64,000 nucleotides of DNA, from positions 806,001 to 870,000 of the forward strand of contig NC_058376.1 in NCBI RefSeq assembly GCF_018350175.1, in the 5' to 3' direction. The notes below the pieces were generated by a model. It was given only the letters and a program-made list of their open reading frames with translations, was not told the DNA's origin and made no database searches. Below, piece after piece: positions 45,070-57,065 of this stretch (its first letter is position 1; each line of letters begins with the position of its first letter). The DNA is from Felis catus. Lineage: Eukaryota. The translations under genes and the position numbers were made by a program.

Positions 45070-45824
45070 TGTGCAGTTGAATCTCACTCGTTTGCTTTTG
45101 ATGTAATAGGTTACCCAGATCCCAAAGTCAAAGCGACACCAAGGAGGCATGCAGGGGGAGGGGGGTGTAACTTCCTCCCCGGCCCTACCTACCCTACCTG
45201 CCCCTGGGGGGGGGGGCGCACTCCTTAGACTCCGATTTCTCCCTTCTGGGTTTCTTCTGGCAGAAGGAGGCAGACACACACGTTCTGAGTCTCACCCGCC
45301 CGCTTCGCGTGCCCTTCGGCACTTTGTTCTTTCACTTGACGGTACACCCGCGTGTCACGTCACCCGACACCAGTTCACGGAGCCTTCCCACTGCGTGCGT
45401 CGCCGCGTAGGGCTCCGCTGCGGGCACACCGTCTTTGCGCCAACCAAGCTCCCGTGTGTGGCCATTTAGGTGGCTTCCAACGGCGTTCCGTTAGAAACGG
45501 TGCTTTGGTGAGTGAGCACCGCGCACATCCATTTTTTGTGTCGTGGCAGGTGATTCTTCGGGGTAAGTTCCTGAGCGGGCTTCTAGATCAGAAGATAAAT
45601 GGGTTTTGTTAGACGTCACCACATTTCCCTGTATAGGAATCGTACCCTTTTGCGGTCTGAAGAGCCAAACGTGGCACGCTCGGGGCCCCACGGCCTGGCC
45701 AGGGAGCGTGTGGTGTGGCCGAGCTCTTCGACTTTTCGCCGGGTGATAGGTGATAACCAGTTATCGGTGTTGTTTTAATTTGCGCGTCTCCGACGGTGAA
45801 TGAAAATGGAGACCGTCTCCGTTC

Positions 45825-46157
45825 ATCGGGGCTGCCCTCATGAAGGACCATAGCCCTAAACGTCAGAGGTGGATTCTGTCCCAGCTCTGGAGGCTGGAGT
45901 TTGGAACCCAGATGGCTGGGTTGTGTCCTCCTGAGGCCTCTCTCACGGCCATCTCCTTCCCGTGTCCCCACACGGTCTCCCCTGTGTGTGTGTCTGTGTC
46001 TTAATCTCTTCTCATAAGGACCCCAGTTACGTTTAACCCATATGACCTCCTTTTGATTTAATCCCTCTTCAAAGGCTCCATCTCTAAATAGTGCTGCATT
46101 CTGAGGTGTTGGGGTCAGGACTTAAGCAGAGAAATTGGGGGGGGGGACACAATTCAT
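45825..46157 (-). mobile_element. MLT1-type LTR
   Basis: CAGCTCTGGAGGCTGGAG...CTAAATAGTGCTGCATTCTGAGGTGTTGGGGTCAGGAC...GGGGACACAATTCA. Confidence 0.75.
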
Positions 46158-46259
46158 AAGAAACATCTTTTCGTATGTTTAGGCACCACTTTAATTTTTT
46201 TTGTGTGAATCATCTGGTTGTGTCATTTGTCCATTTTTCTGATGAGTTTTTGGCCCTTT

Positions 46260-46475
46260 TTTCTTTAATTTTTAACTATTTGAGAGAGAGAGACAGAGAG
46301 ACAGAGAGAGTGGGGGAGGGGCAGAGAGGCAGAGAGACAGAGAGGGAGAGACAGAGTCTCAAGCAGGCTCCACGCTGCCAGTGCAGAGCCCAATGTGGGG
46401 CTTGAACTCAGGAACTGTGAGATCCTGACCTGAGGCAAAGTCGGACACTTAAATGACTGAGCCACTCAGGTGCCC
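46260..46475 (-). mobile_element. SINEC_Fc-type carnivore SINE
   Basis: GA-rich tract, then GACCTGAGGCAAAGTCGGACACTTAAATGACTGAGCCACTCAGGTGCCC. Confidence 0.9.
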
Positions 46476-47329
46476 TTTTTCTTAAATTTTTAAAAGTTCC
46501 TTATAGAGCATGGCTATTAGCCCTTGCATGTGATATATGTTGGAAATACTTTCTCCAGATCTGTCATTCATCTTTTGACTTTGTGGCTTCTTTTGGTTAC
46601 AAAGAAGTTTAAAAAATACAGACAGGTTATTTATCAATACTTTTTTTTTTATCGCATCTGGATGTTGATGCAAGTTAGTGTGGCCTGTGGGTTTGTAATG
46701 GCCTGATTTGCCTCGGCTGCACGGTATTTCCCAGAATTCCCAGAAGGCGACAGCCTTACAGGGCTTATGGAATGATCTCCCACAGCGACATGGGGTCAAA
46801 CTCCTGCCCCAAATCCCTTATTTGTGAATTCATATGCCTCCTGGTGGTTCTGCTTTCAGGAGTGAACTGATGGAATTAGAAAGCCTTTTCCTACATCCAT
46901 GTGATAGGGAAATTCACCAATGATTTCACTCATTACTTGTGTGGTTCTGTTTCCACATTTAGTATCAGATCTTTGGTCCATTTGGTGTTTACTCTCGTGC
47001 ATGAGGTGAATATGTTTCATTTTAATCTTCTTCCAGATGGAAATCCAGTTGCCCTGACAGCATTGATTTACAAAAACTGATTTTTTCCTGGGGTTTAAGA
47101 CATCTCCTTTGCAGCACGACCTGTTCAATCTGGCTCAGGAGAGCCTACTGTATATATTTTTTCCCCAAATCTGCATTCCGTAAGATCATTTCGGGCTACC
47201 CAGATGTCTTTTTATCTCTACCATGTTTTATGGTTTCCAGCGACATTACGAGAATTTAAAGAACACGGCGTAACATCAAATGTGGCTCTTATCTTGTTAA
47301 GCCAGGTGTTCGTAGCCGTTCTCACAATC

Positions 47330-47638
47330 TGTGTGGTTCCAACGTGTGTGTCTGCCCCCAGCATTCCTGTTGCCATCCTGACCCCCAACATGATGGCGCT
47401 GGGAGGTGGGCTTTTGGAAGGTGACAAGGCCATGGGGGGTGGAGTGCCCATGAGGGGAATCGGCGCAGCCGGAGCCCCCCACGTCCCCCCGCCGTGAGGA
47501 CACCGAGACGCCCTTGTCCATCCTGCAGGCACAGCTGACTGGAACACCCGGCGTCCAGAACTGGGAGAGATCAGTGTCTGTTGCGCGTAAGCCGCCCGGT
47601 GTGCGCTTTTGTGATGCCAGCCCCGGGGCACTAAGGGA
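47330..47638 (+). mobile_element. MLT1-type LTR, GC-shifted
   Basis: CTGACCCCCAACATGATGGCGCTGGGAGGTGGGCTTTTGGAAGGTG...AGAACTGGGAGAGATCAGTGTCTGTTGCGCGTAAGCCGCCCGG. Confidence 0.65.
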
Positions 47639-49009
47639 GGCCGCCTGGGGTCCCAATGCAGGAAGCGTCTGTGGGGCTTCTGTTACCTCTTCCTTCTGCT
47701 GTGTTTCTCTCCGTTCACCTTAGTCTCCCTGAATGTTTTGTCAGGAATCTCCATGCGAAAAAACAGCAAATAGGATTACTCTGAAGCGTGGGGTGATATT
47801 TTTGTCCTTGTGTGTCATCTCCGGCTGCGAGGCGTGGGAGAAGCTGGCAGTCAGGGGCCCTCCTCAGCCACGTTCGAGGCCCGAGGCTCCCCAGGCTCCA
47901 GGGCAGTGGGAGCTTAGCTGCACGTCTGTGCCGGGGCTGGCTGGTTTACCTGTGTCCACCTTCGCCACGGGGCTCACCAAGGGCCGGGTGGTGGCTCATC
48001 AGGGGTCAGTCCTTAGACCTGGCAAGACACGTGGCTTTATCTTTCCTTCACCTTCCGCATCTCGCTTGTTTTGGTGTTAGAACCCTTGGAAGCCGACTGG
48101 CAAAGCCATTGGAAATGTAGTGTGCCCATTCCACCCCCACCCCCGGGGGATCCTGCCGGCCGCCTCCCCTTGGATTTCAGGGTCTCAGATCCAGCCAAGC
48201 CCTCTGCCTTCTGCTCCCAGGTAGGGGCTCAGATGATCCAGAGGTGAGAAACCCAGGCCCACAGAGAACTCTCACGGAAACTTGGGGGATGTGCAGCTCC
48301 CGGCCCGGGTCATGGAGTACAGAGGTGGGGGGCAGCAGGCCAAGCCTGGCCAGAGAGTGGGCGAGTCCAGACAGGTGGAGCGGAGGGGCAGAAGGAACAG
48401 GACATTCCGGGCTGGCTGCTGACTGTGTCGGGAGCAGGAGGCCAAGGCCAGCAGAGCAGAATAACGGGTGGTCAGGAGGGAGTGGGAGGTTTTTTTTTTT
48501 TTTCCTATTTTTAGTGATTGAGACAAAAGATCTGAAGTGCAGCTTCTAGAAGAACTGTTTGTGCCTTCCTTCCCTTGGTCTTGACTTTGGCCTGCTGCCA
48601 GCCACGGTTAAAGACCAGGGTCTCTGGCCTTCCCAGACTGAGCAAGGGAGAGGGTTGAATCCCCAGTGGTGTCAGTGGTTTGACCGGGGTTAGGATGCCC
48701 ATTCTGGAACCGCCCAACAGAAGGAAGCAGACAGAAGCAGGGATCGGCACGGCAGTGTTGATGCTCCCCGGGGCCCAATCCCCATTCTCCAGCGCATCGG
48801 GGCGGGGCACAGGGGCCACCACTGAATAATAATGCCACCCCCTCGGGAAATGTCACCACCTTGCAAGGAGACAGGCCAGCGTGGTGTCTTGGTGGTCAGT
48901 GGCCGCCCACAGTGACCCACGCAGAGACATTTGAACGGGTTTACATGGGCCGGAGGGACTGCGCAGACCCGGGCCCCGCGGCAGGTGTGCTGGTGCAGAC
49001 TTCCGGAAG

Positions 49010-52000
49010 ATGGGGAGCGTCCTGCTCACTGCTCTTCTGACGTCGGTCTCAGCGCCTTGCGCCCAGGCTGTGTGGCTGGGAAGGCTGGACCCGAGGCAGG
49101 TAACGGCCCATCCGTTGGTGCCAGCACTGGCCTCGAGCCCCGTCGGTCCTAGGGGCCCAGGCCCCTCCTGTGGGGCTGCAGTCTCTGGGTTACCCTCCCG
49201 GTGCCGGCCCAGACCGGCACCGGCTACGGGGGGGACGGGTCAGCCTGAGTCAGGGGCCCTGGACTCCCAGACAAAGAGGATGCCTCAAGGGTCTGGGGGA
49301 CCCGGCCCCCCTCACCTGCTCCTCTCCTCCCAGCTTCTGGGGTCCTGGTACGTTCTCGCCGTGGCCTCCGGTGAGAAGGGCTTTGCGGTGGAGAAGGCCA
49401 CGAAGAACATCGAGGGTGTCGTGGTGACCCTTACTGCAGAAAACAATCTGAAAATGCTGTCCTCCAGACACAGGTGAGCGAGCTGTGCGCTGTGGGCCTG
49501 TGTCCCCGGAGAGCAGGTCTGGCGGGCCTCTGGGTGGGATCATGGTGGATGCGTGGATGCGGGAGGCCTCTCGGGGCGAGGCCCCCCCTCAGCTGCCGCC
49601 TAACGTGGGCTCGCGCATCATGTCTCGGAGCCGCTGGTAACCTTCCTCCCACACCCGCGTCTGCCTTCGGGAGCCATGGGGCCCTGGGTCCCGCTGGGAC
49701 GGGCCTGGCCGTGGGACGAGCAAGGACAGAGGAGGTCTGGGGTCCGATGGCGGCCCCGCTATGTTGGCCCCGCGAGCACACACGGTCACGCGCGCCACGG
49801 TGTGGGCCACAAGGCCGCGTGGCTGGCTGTGTTCCGGTGAGGCTGGCGGAATCAGACATCCAAATCCAGAAGCCAGGCGTCTGGAGAGCCCCAGGCTCTG
49901 TGAAAAGCCACCGGTGACCTAAGGGCCACGCGGGTGGACGTAAGGGCCACGGGGGTGGCCGCGGGGCTGGGACGCCATTCCGGTGTCCGCTCTCTGGTGT
50001 GACTGGTTAGCAGCCCCTCCTGGTGCTGTGTCACCTGCACCTCTGGGGACCGCGGCCAGACGCTGGTTTGGAAAGACGGGTGGTGCCAAGCCCCGCTCCC
50101 CACCAGGACTGCAAGTGGGCCCTCTTACATTGAATTGAATTGAGTTGAGTTGAATTGAATTGAATTGAAGTCATCTGTTGGCCTTCGGATAGGAAATGCA
50201 TTTGCATGGCTCAGAAATCAGTCCCCGAAGGTACTCAGAGCGGGTCCTTCCCACCTGCCCAGCCAGCCCGTCCCCTCCCTGCAGGTGACCCATGCTTGTG
50301 ATTCGTGGCGGCTCCTCCGACACGGGCGGCCACACGCCAGCACACGTGTGTCACCGAGCCACGCACGCCGGGAACCTCTCCGTATCCGTCCACACAGGCT
50401 CTGCTCTCTCTTAGAACATTTCCCATTTTATTCTCTTCTGTCTTTATTGAGTTGTTAAAAATTGTGGTAAGATAAATGCAGCACAGAGACGGCCATCTTA
50501 ACCACTTTCAAGGTCACAGTTCAGGGGCGTCAGGCGCATTCACACTGTCGTGCAGCCGTCTCCCCGTCTGTCCCCAGAACGTGTTCATCTTCCCAGTAGA
50601 CTCTGTCCCGTTGCGTGTGGACCCTCCCCTCCCCCAGCCCCACCCTCCTACTCCTCCAGGGCCTCCGGTGAGCATCCACTCCTATAGGACGTGTCCCCCT
50701 GTGACGGGCCGACCTCAGCACGGTGTCCTCCAGCTTCGTCCACGTTGTAGCAGGTGCCGCGATTCCCCTCCCTTTTGAGGCTGACGTTCCGTGGTGTGGC
50801 CGGAGCACGTGGCAGCTCCCGCCTCTTGGTTTTGTAAATCACGCCGCCGTGAACGTGGGTGTGTAAGTCTCCCTTCAGATCTTGCTTTCAGTTCTGGGCG
50901 CTCGCAGCGGCGGGACTGCGGGGTCACACGGTGATTCCATGTCACATTTTCGGAGGCGCTCTGCTCTGTTTTTTTTTTTTTTTAAATATATGAAACTTAT
51001 TGTCAAATTGGTTTCCATACAACACCCAGTGCTCATCCCAACACGTGCCCTCCTCGATACCCGTCATCCACCCTCCCCTCCCTCCCACCCCCCATCAGCC
51101 CTCAGTTCTCAGTTTTTGAGAGTCTCTTATGCTTTGGCTCTCTCCCACTCTAACCTCTTTTTTTTTTTTTTCCTTCGCCTCCCCCATGGGTTCCTGTTAA
51201 GTTTCTGTTGTGTTTTACAGCTGCGTATTGGTCCAGGAGGCTTCGTGCCAGCGCCCTGCTGCTGGGCAGACGGGGGTCTCCAATCTTTTGCAGTTGGAAA
51301 CACACTTTGGGGAGCGGGCTCAGGGGTCTACCCGAAGGATAAATCTCTCGGAGTCCCTGTGGCTCCACGTCATACGTGGCCGGTCCCCTGAACAAGCGCC
51401 TGCCCCGGGCATTCCCTTACTCTTTGTTCTTTGCCGTCTGATGGGCAGCAGATGGCCCCGTGTCAACTTTTATGTACCTTCTCTAAGGGCAGGGGCCAGG
51501 GGCATCCTGGGACATGTCAACGTGGTTTGTGTGCTTCCTCCCCAACACGGGCTCAAACTCACAACCCTGAGATCAAGACCTGAGCCGAGATCAAGAGTCG
51601 GACGCTTAACTGAGTCACCCAGGCTCCCCTGGCTGTTCGTATCTTGGCATATTTTTCTGTTAGGTGTGTTTTTAGTGGTTTGTAAGAACCCTTCAGTTAT
51701 TTGGGATCTTAGCCTCTCATCTGTGATAAAAATTAGTTGCAAATATAGTTCCCAGTTTGTAATTTTTCTTATAACATTGAGAAGGGTTTTTGTTTGTTTG
51801 TTTTATTTTTTTAATTTTAATTTTTTAAAGTTTATTTACTTATTTTGAGAGGGAGAGAAATTGTGAGTGAGGGAGGGTCAAAGAGAGAAAGAGGGAGAGA
51901 GAGAGAATCCCAAGTAGGTTCCACGCTGTCAGCACAGAGCCTGACACGGGGTTCGATCCCACAAACCATGAGATCATGCCTGAGGCTGAAATCTGGAGTC

Positions 52001-53483
52001 GGACCCTTAACCGCCTGAGCCCCCCAGGCACCCCAAGACCCACTGCCTGTCTGTTGTGTCGGTTCACTTTAGGGACTGAGTGGCCCCTTGTGATGCTGGG
52101 GCTCCTCACCCAAAATTGCAGAGGGCCCAGCGTCTGTCTGAGGCTCATTTTGCGCCCTCGCACCCCCACCACCCTGGGGAGGGAGCTGATCTGCACTTGG
52201 CTCTCGTGTAGCTCATTCCCGAGCCAGGCTGGATTCGCTGGAGAGCGAGGTTTCTGGGTAACGGGGGCCGTCAGAGGAAGCCAGGATCCCCTCTGCGACA
52301 CGCTGGCGGCAGGCCGGGCCCCGGCGGCAGGACCTTTGTGTCCCGTGGTCCCGACTCTGGACCCTGAGCTGAGGACGGACGGTCTCTTTTCCAGGCTGGA
52401 GAGGTGTGACGTGGGCACAGTGTTGCTGCGGAGACAGAACTCTGGATGGGTGTTTGAGAACCCCTGTAAGGCGACAGCCTCCGCGGGTGCGGGGCAGCCT
52501 GGGGATGGGCTCGCTCGCCCGGCCAGCACTGCGGGAAGGGGAGGGGATCGGTCACCCCCAGACTCCCTCTGTAGTGTGCAGGGGGGTGGCCCTCTGCCCC
52601 CGTGGGGACAGGACCGGGGGAGTGTGACCCCGGATGAGCTGGGACAGGCCCTCGCCAGCTGGCCATCCGTCACCGGGGACCCGGGGACCACGGGGCTCTG
52701 GGGCTCTGAGCTTGCCGGGGGGCCTCTCGTGTCTCCCAGCCCTGGGCGTGTTAGACTACCGGGTACTGGGCACCAACTTCAGGGACTACGCCATCGTCTT
52801 CACCCAGCTGGAGTTCAAGGACGAGGCCTTCAGCACCGTGGAGCTCTACAGTGAGTGGCTGAGACCTCGGGCCCGCCCACAAACTCCCTGCCGGCAGCAG
52901 CCACGCTGTGCGGGAAGCACATCGTCCCAGGGTCCGGGGCTAGAGAGAGGGGTCCACCGCCTGGGCTGGCCCCTGTGCCCCCAGGGACCCGGCGCCTCAT
53001 CCTGCACTCCCCCCGCTGCAAGAGGGGCGGCTGGGGCGTGGGGCACAGGTGTGAGGGTCCCCTCCTGCCCCGCAGGTCGGACGGAGCTGGCCAGCCAGGA
53101 GGCCGTGCGCCTCTTCACCAGGTGGAGCAGGGGCCTGGGCTTCCTGTCCCAGCAGCAGGCCGTGCTGCAGCGGGACCGTGAGTGTCCCCCGGGGCCGCCC
53201 CCATGCCCAAGAACCGGCTCACTTCCTCTGGTCTCGGGGACCCTCCCGGTCTCAGTGAGTCAGGCAGGACTGGGGGCGGGGGTGGTGGTTAGTTCTTCAA
53301 GGAGTCACCTGCTCCCTGGCCCAAGTCAGGCCGGCAGGGGAGGCCCCGTCTCGGGTGAGGTCGTGGGCCCGTCCTCACGCCTCCTCTTGTCCCTCCAGTC
53401 ACCTGCGCGCACAAGGCCTTCCAGGTAAGCTGGCTTCCCGAGCATCACCCCGCGTCCTACACCCCAGTGCTCTGCAGCCGTGA
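49010..53483 (+). CDS. LCN6: Epididymal-specific lipocalin-6, intact, 181 aa
   Basis: Exons 49010-49099, 49334-49473, 52395-52465, 52740-52850, 53076-53177, 53399-53424, 53478-53483, all GT-AG, total 546 nt. MGSVLLTALL...AVWLGRLDPRQLLGSWYVLAVAS...NSGWVFENP...TNFRDYAIVFTQLEF...TCAHKAFQP* matches LCN6. AATAAA at 53715-53720. Confidence 0.95.
50134..50170 (+). repeat. (TTGAA)n pentanucleotide repeat in LCN6 intron 2
   Basis: TGAATTGAATTGAGTTGAGTTGAATTGAATTGAATTGAA. Confidence 0.8.
50455..51800 (-). mobile_element. Old L1M 3' fragment with a nested younger carnivore L1 3' end (about 50968-51207) and a SINE fragment (about 51540-51630)
   Basis: Poly-T then AAATTGGTTTCCATACAACACCCAGTGCTCATCCCAAC...GAGTCTCTTATGCTTTGGCTC for the carnivore L1; flanks resemble L1M 3'UTR. 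Confidence 0.75.
51815..52034 (-). mobile_element. Carnivore SINE in LCN6 intron 2
   Basis: T-rich tail, GA tract, GAGATCATGCCTGAGGCTGAAATCTGGAGTCGGACCCTTAACCGCCTGAGCCCCCCAGGCACCCC. Confidence 0.88.
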
Positions 53484-54880
53484 AGGGCCAGGGACCCGGG
53501 TGGAGGCAGATGCCCCTCGGGGTGAACCTGGGGTCCCCCAGTGCTCTTCCTGGTTTTCAGTGAATGCTTCGGCCTCCAGCGGGGACAGTGCCCACTGTGT
53601 CCGGACCAGGCCGGCCAGGCACTGGCAACCTGCTCAGCCACCTGGGTGCTGGGTGCTGGGTGCTGGATGCTGGGTGCTGGGCAGGTGCTCCCAGGGACTC
53701 TTGCTGTGTTTCCAAATAAAGCGATTCCACAAACCGCTAGAGTTGCCTCTCACTCGTGTGCTGGGCTGGGCTCGGTGTCGAGGGCGGACAGAGATGGACA
53801 GGGCGCCGCTCTCGTGGGGCGCGGGCCGCACAGGGAGAGGATAGGGTGCGGTGGGCACACCCCGGCTGAACCACACGGCACAGAGAGCCAGCTCGGGGGC
53901 GAGAGGGCCGGCCTGCACTTGTGTCCCTCGGCAGAGTCCCTCTGGGTGAGGGGACCCGCGCACACGGGTCTCGGCCGGGGAGTGGGGGCTGGGCCGGAGG
54001 CAGCCGCTCCCCGGGGAGGGGTCACACAGCCCTGGGCCGATGGGAGGGTCGTCTGCCCGAGTGAGAGCAGGCCTGCGGTTCGAGTTCGGACAGGGTGCTG
54101 GGCCGACGAGGTGGGCACTGGTGCCCACCGGGGTGCCAGGCTGGGGCACCTCGGTGTCCGGGGCAGGGGCACCTCGGTGTCCGGGGCAGGGCTCTGGGGC
54201 AAGGGCAGGGGCCCAGGATTGCAGAGGCCTGGGCTGTGGGGCCTCCTGTGGTCTGGTGGGGCCCTGCCTGAGGTCCTGGCAGAAGCTGGGGTGGGGGCTG
54301 CCCATCCCTCACGGCGAGGGGCGGTGCATACCAGGAAGGGGGGCAGGCGGGCACATACAGGAGAGTTGCATGCACATGCACACACACCCCATGTGCCTGT
54401 GCACACACACCGGCTGCCCCCTCTGTCAACACCTGCTCAGGACAGATCGCCCGTCAGCACCTGCTCAGGGCGACCCTGCGGTCGGGTCCTGCTTCTCACA
54501 CTCGGATAACCTTATGAAGTGACTCATAGTGACACCAGCTGGCTGTTGTCTCTCTTCCGGGGGTGGGGAGCTACTGTGAGAGGCCCAGGGCTCCCACTGT
54601 GAGGAGGGACGGCTCCAGGGGACACGTGGTGACCTGAGGTCGGGGGGGGGGAGTGACCTCGGGAACACGATGGCTTTGTCTTCAGGGGCCTCCCGGGCAG
54701 GTGGCACCGACCAGGCTGAGCACCTGGGCCGGCCCTCTGTGCCCGGGGGAGCCCCCCGGCCTCCCCATCGGCCCACCCCAGGCCGGCTCAAGGCTCCGGG
54801 TTGGTTGGACGGCCACGGCAGGGTCGGTGGGTGGGGAGATTTAAACTCAGTGCCCTGGTGGCCGAAGAGGGAGGCTGGAG

Positions 54881-54991
54881 ATGGGACCGGGGAGGCTGGT
54901 GTCCACGCTGGTCCTGGCGTTCGTGCTGGCCATGGGGTCCCGGCCACAGGAACAGCTGCCCAGGGAGGCCCACAGCCTCAACTGGAACAAG
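54881..54991 (+). pseudogene. LCN10: Lipocalin-10 exon 1 only; gene truncated in intron 1
   Basis: [37 protein letters not shown] then GT, versus human LCN10 ...PRESHALNWNK. TTTAAA at 54840-54845. I found no FSGFWY-type exon 2 downstream, and duplicon sequence starts at 55599. Confidence 0.85.
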
Positions 54992-55598
54992 GTAGAGCCG
55001 TAGGCCTGCTGTCCCCCGAGCCAGGCACCCAGGCCGTGGGGGCCAGGGATCATCCATTTAGGGATCGCTCCCTAAAAATCTCCCAAGGGCCTTCCCGGGG
55101 CCCTGGGCAGGGCCCCGAGGCTGGCAGGAGTCTCCGGCACAGGCCCCTGCCGGCCCAGTGGGACTGCTCCCCCGGCCTCTCCCAGAGCAGCTGCCGGCCA
55201 TGGGGGTGGGTAAGGCGCAGGGCCCCAGGCAGGTGCACCCAGAGATGCTAGGTGGGCAGAGGTGGAATCAGCAGGACGTGTTCTGGAACGGGGAGATGGC
55301 TGGCAGGTGGAACCCTCCAGCGGGGGTGGCTGTGGGCACAGGCTGAGCGGGCCGTGGCGGTGTCTGGGACGGTGGGTTTGCGGCAGGAAATCGGAGGGAT
55401 GGGGCCCCCCCGGAGGCCCTGCACGGGAAGGAAGTTACAGCACACGGTTCCCAGTGCCCAGCCCCCGCACCCACAGACAGTCTGGCGTCTGCCCACCAGG
55501 GCCCCTAACCAGGGGCGTGCAGGTCCGGGGGGCTGGATGCGGGCTGGGTGTCTGGGAGGCATCCCTTGTCCAGTGGGTTCCGGGAACCTGGGAAGGAG

Positions 55599-56731
55599 CC
55601 CCTGAGTTCAGGGGGGGGGCCTTCGGCGGGTGGTGGGGTTCCCCAGGAAGAGGGACCCCGAGCCCCAGGACGCCAAGACGCAGGCCTGCGGGTAGGACAA
55701 TCCAAAGTCAAGGACATGGGCTTCCTGACCTAGCTCGTCTTACTAGTGACCCAGGCTGTGCTATTAGCCTCGGTGTCCCCATCTGTGACACGGGGACGAA
55801 ACGGGCCTTCTAGATGGCTTGTCGCATTCCCCGACAGATGAGGTGGAATCGTGGCCTGGTGCCTGGAGGACACAAAGGGCCACCTGGAAGGCTGTCCCAG
55901 AGTCCCCCAGGGCACAGGATTCCGGAAGCCCCTCCTCGGCCCCTGCCTGACGTCCCCCTTCCGGGAACACTCAGCGTTGTTTGCAGAGGAGGTGGAGACG
56001 ATCCAGGACGTCAGCAGGTCCCACGTGAAGGAAGGTCAGCGCTGGAGGGACAGAAGGATGTGTCCCGTGCCCCCTTCCAGGGCCCGAGCTGTGACGCCCT
56101 CTGACCTGACCTCTGACCCGACCTGGTGTGTGGACCCGGCTTCTGTGGTTTCACTCCCTCCTTCCCTCCCTCCTTCCCTAATTCAGCCGGCCATCTCAGG
56201 TCCCTGCCGTGTGCCGAACACCGGGACCTCATCGGTGAGCGCGACCCGACGGGGTCCCCCACGTGGCCTCTTCCTTTGCGGCGTCTGAATCTTCCTGTGC
56301 TGGGTCCCCTCTGGCGAGTCTGGGAGGGAGGCCTCTGCACATGTCCCTGCAAGGAAGCACGAGTCCGGAAGGTCCAGACGACCTGCCCCAAGTCCCAGCG
56401 TGTGGAGACTGGACACGGGGTGGTCCCTGATCAGAGGAAGACTTGGGCCCACGGAGCCCGCAGGATGACGAGTACAGGGAGCCCGGAGGAGGAGGGGGGA
56501 GCACCGTGGCGGCCTGGCGCTCAGGCCAACTGGGAGACGGTGTCGTACCCGGACCGGCTCTGTCCCCAGGGCCGTCGGGGTATCCGCGCTCCCGGGTGGC
56601 AGGCTGGCCCCGGCTGGCAGGAGAGGAGGTGCCCGTGGGGCAGGACAGAGCCCTCAGGCAGAGCGGAGGGTCGCAGGTGCTCCCCCAGGGGCAGGTGGAC
56701 TCGAGCGCCCTGAGGCGGCATCACCGGGACA
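55599..56731 (+). repeat. Third copy of a 1.13-kb arm segment; direct repeat of 30233-31367, inverted relative to about 18020-19154
   Basis: Offset about 25365 bp; about 7 differences seen by eye. Confidence 0.95.
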
Positions 56732-57029
56732 ACTGTGCCGTGCCAGCCCCACTTCCCCAAATTCAAGACCAAGACCCTATCACCCTGTCCCACCCCCGAG
56801 AGCAGAAACCGCTTCTGTCCTAGTTCCTTTGTGGATGCTTCCATGCCTGCCCTCAGCACCCTGTCTGCTCCCCGCTGTGTGCACACACCTGGATCACGAG
56901 AGTGAGCCCCGGACCCCACCCAGGAGGTGGTACGGCCCCTCACCCACCCCAGCAAGGGAGAGCGCCGTCCCCATGGCCCTACTCCCCCTAAGAAGACACG
57001 TAAGCCATATTCACCAAGGTTTTTAACCA

Positions 57030-57065
<36 letters not shown>

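Larger units (their letters stand above)
45270..47130 (-). mobile_element. Old L1M fragments interrupted by an MLT1 and a SINE
   Basis: Antisense L1 ORF2/3' motifs, e.g. TTCTCCAGATCTGTCATTCATCTTTTGACTTTG and TTCTTCCAGATGGAAATCCAGTTGCCCTGACAGCATTGATT. Confidence 0.65.

Noticed and set aside
41400-49000. Possible LCN5, which lies between Lcn8 and Lcn6 in rodents
   Set aside because: I found no lipocalin GxW exon or signal-peptide exon; the interval is mostly SINE, L1 and MLT1 relics. A degraded remnant cannot be excluded without tblastn.
51840-54509. Long ORFs of 260-320 aa overlapping LCN6
   Set aside because: GC-rich intronic or antisense read-through, partly SINE-derived; the real coding content is explained by the LCN6 exons.
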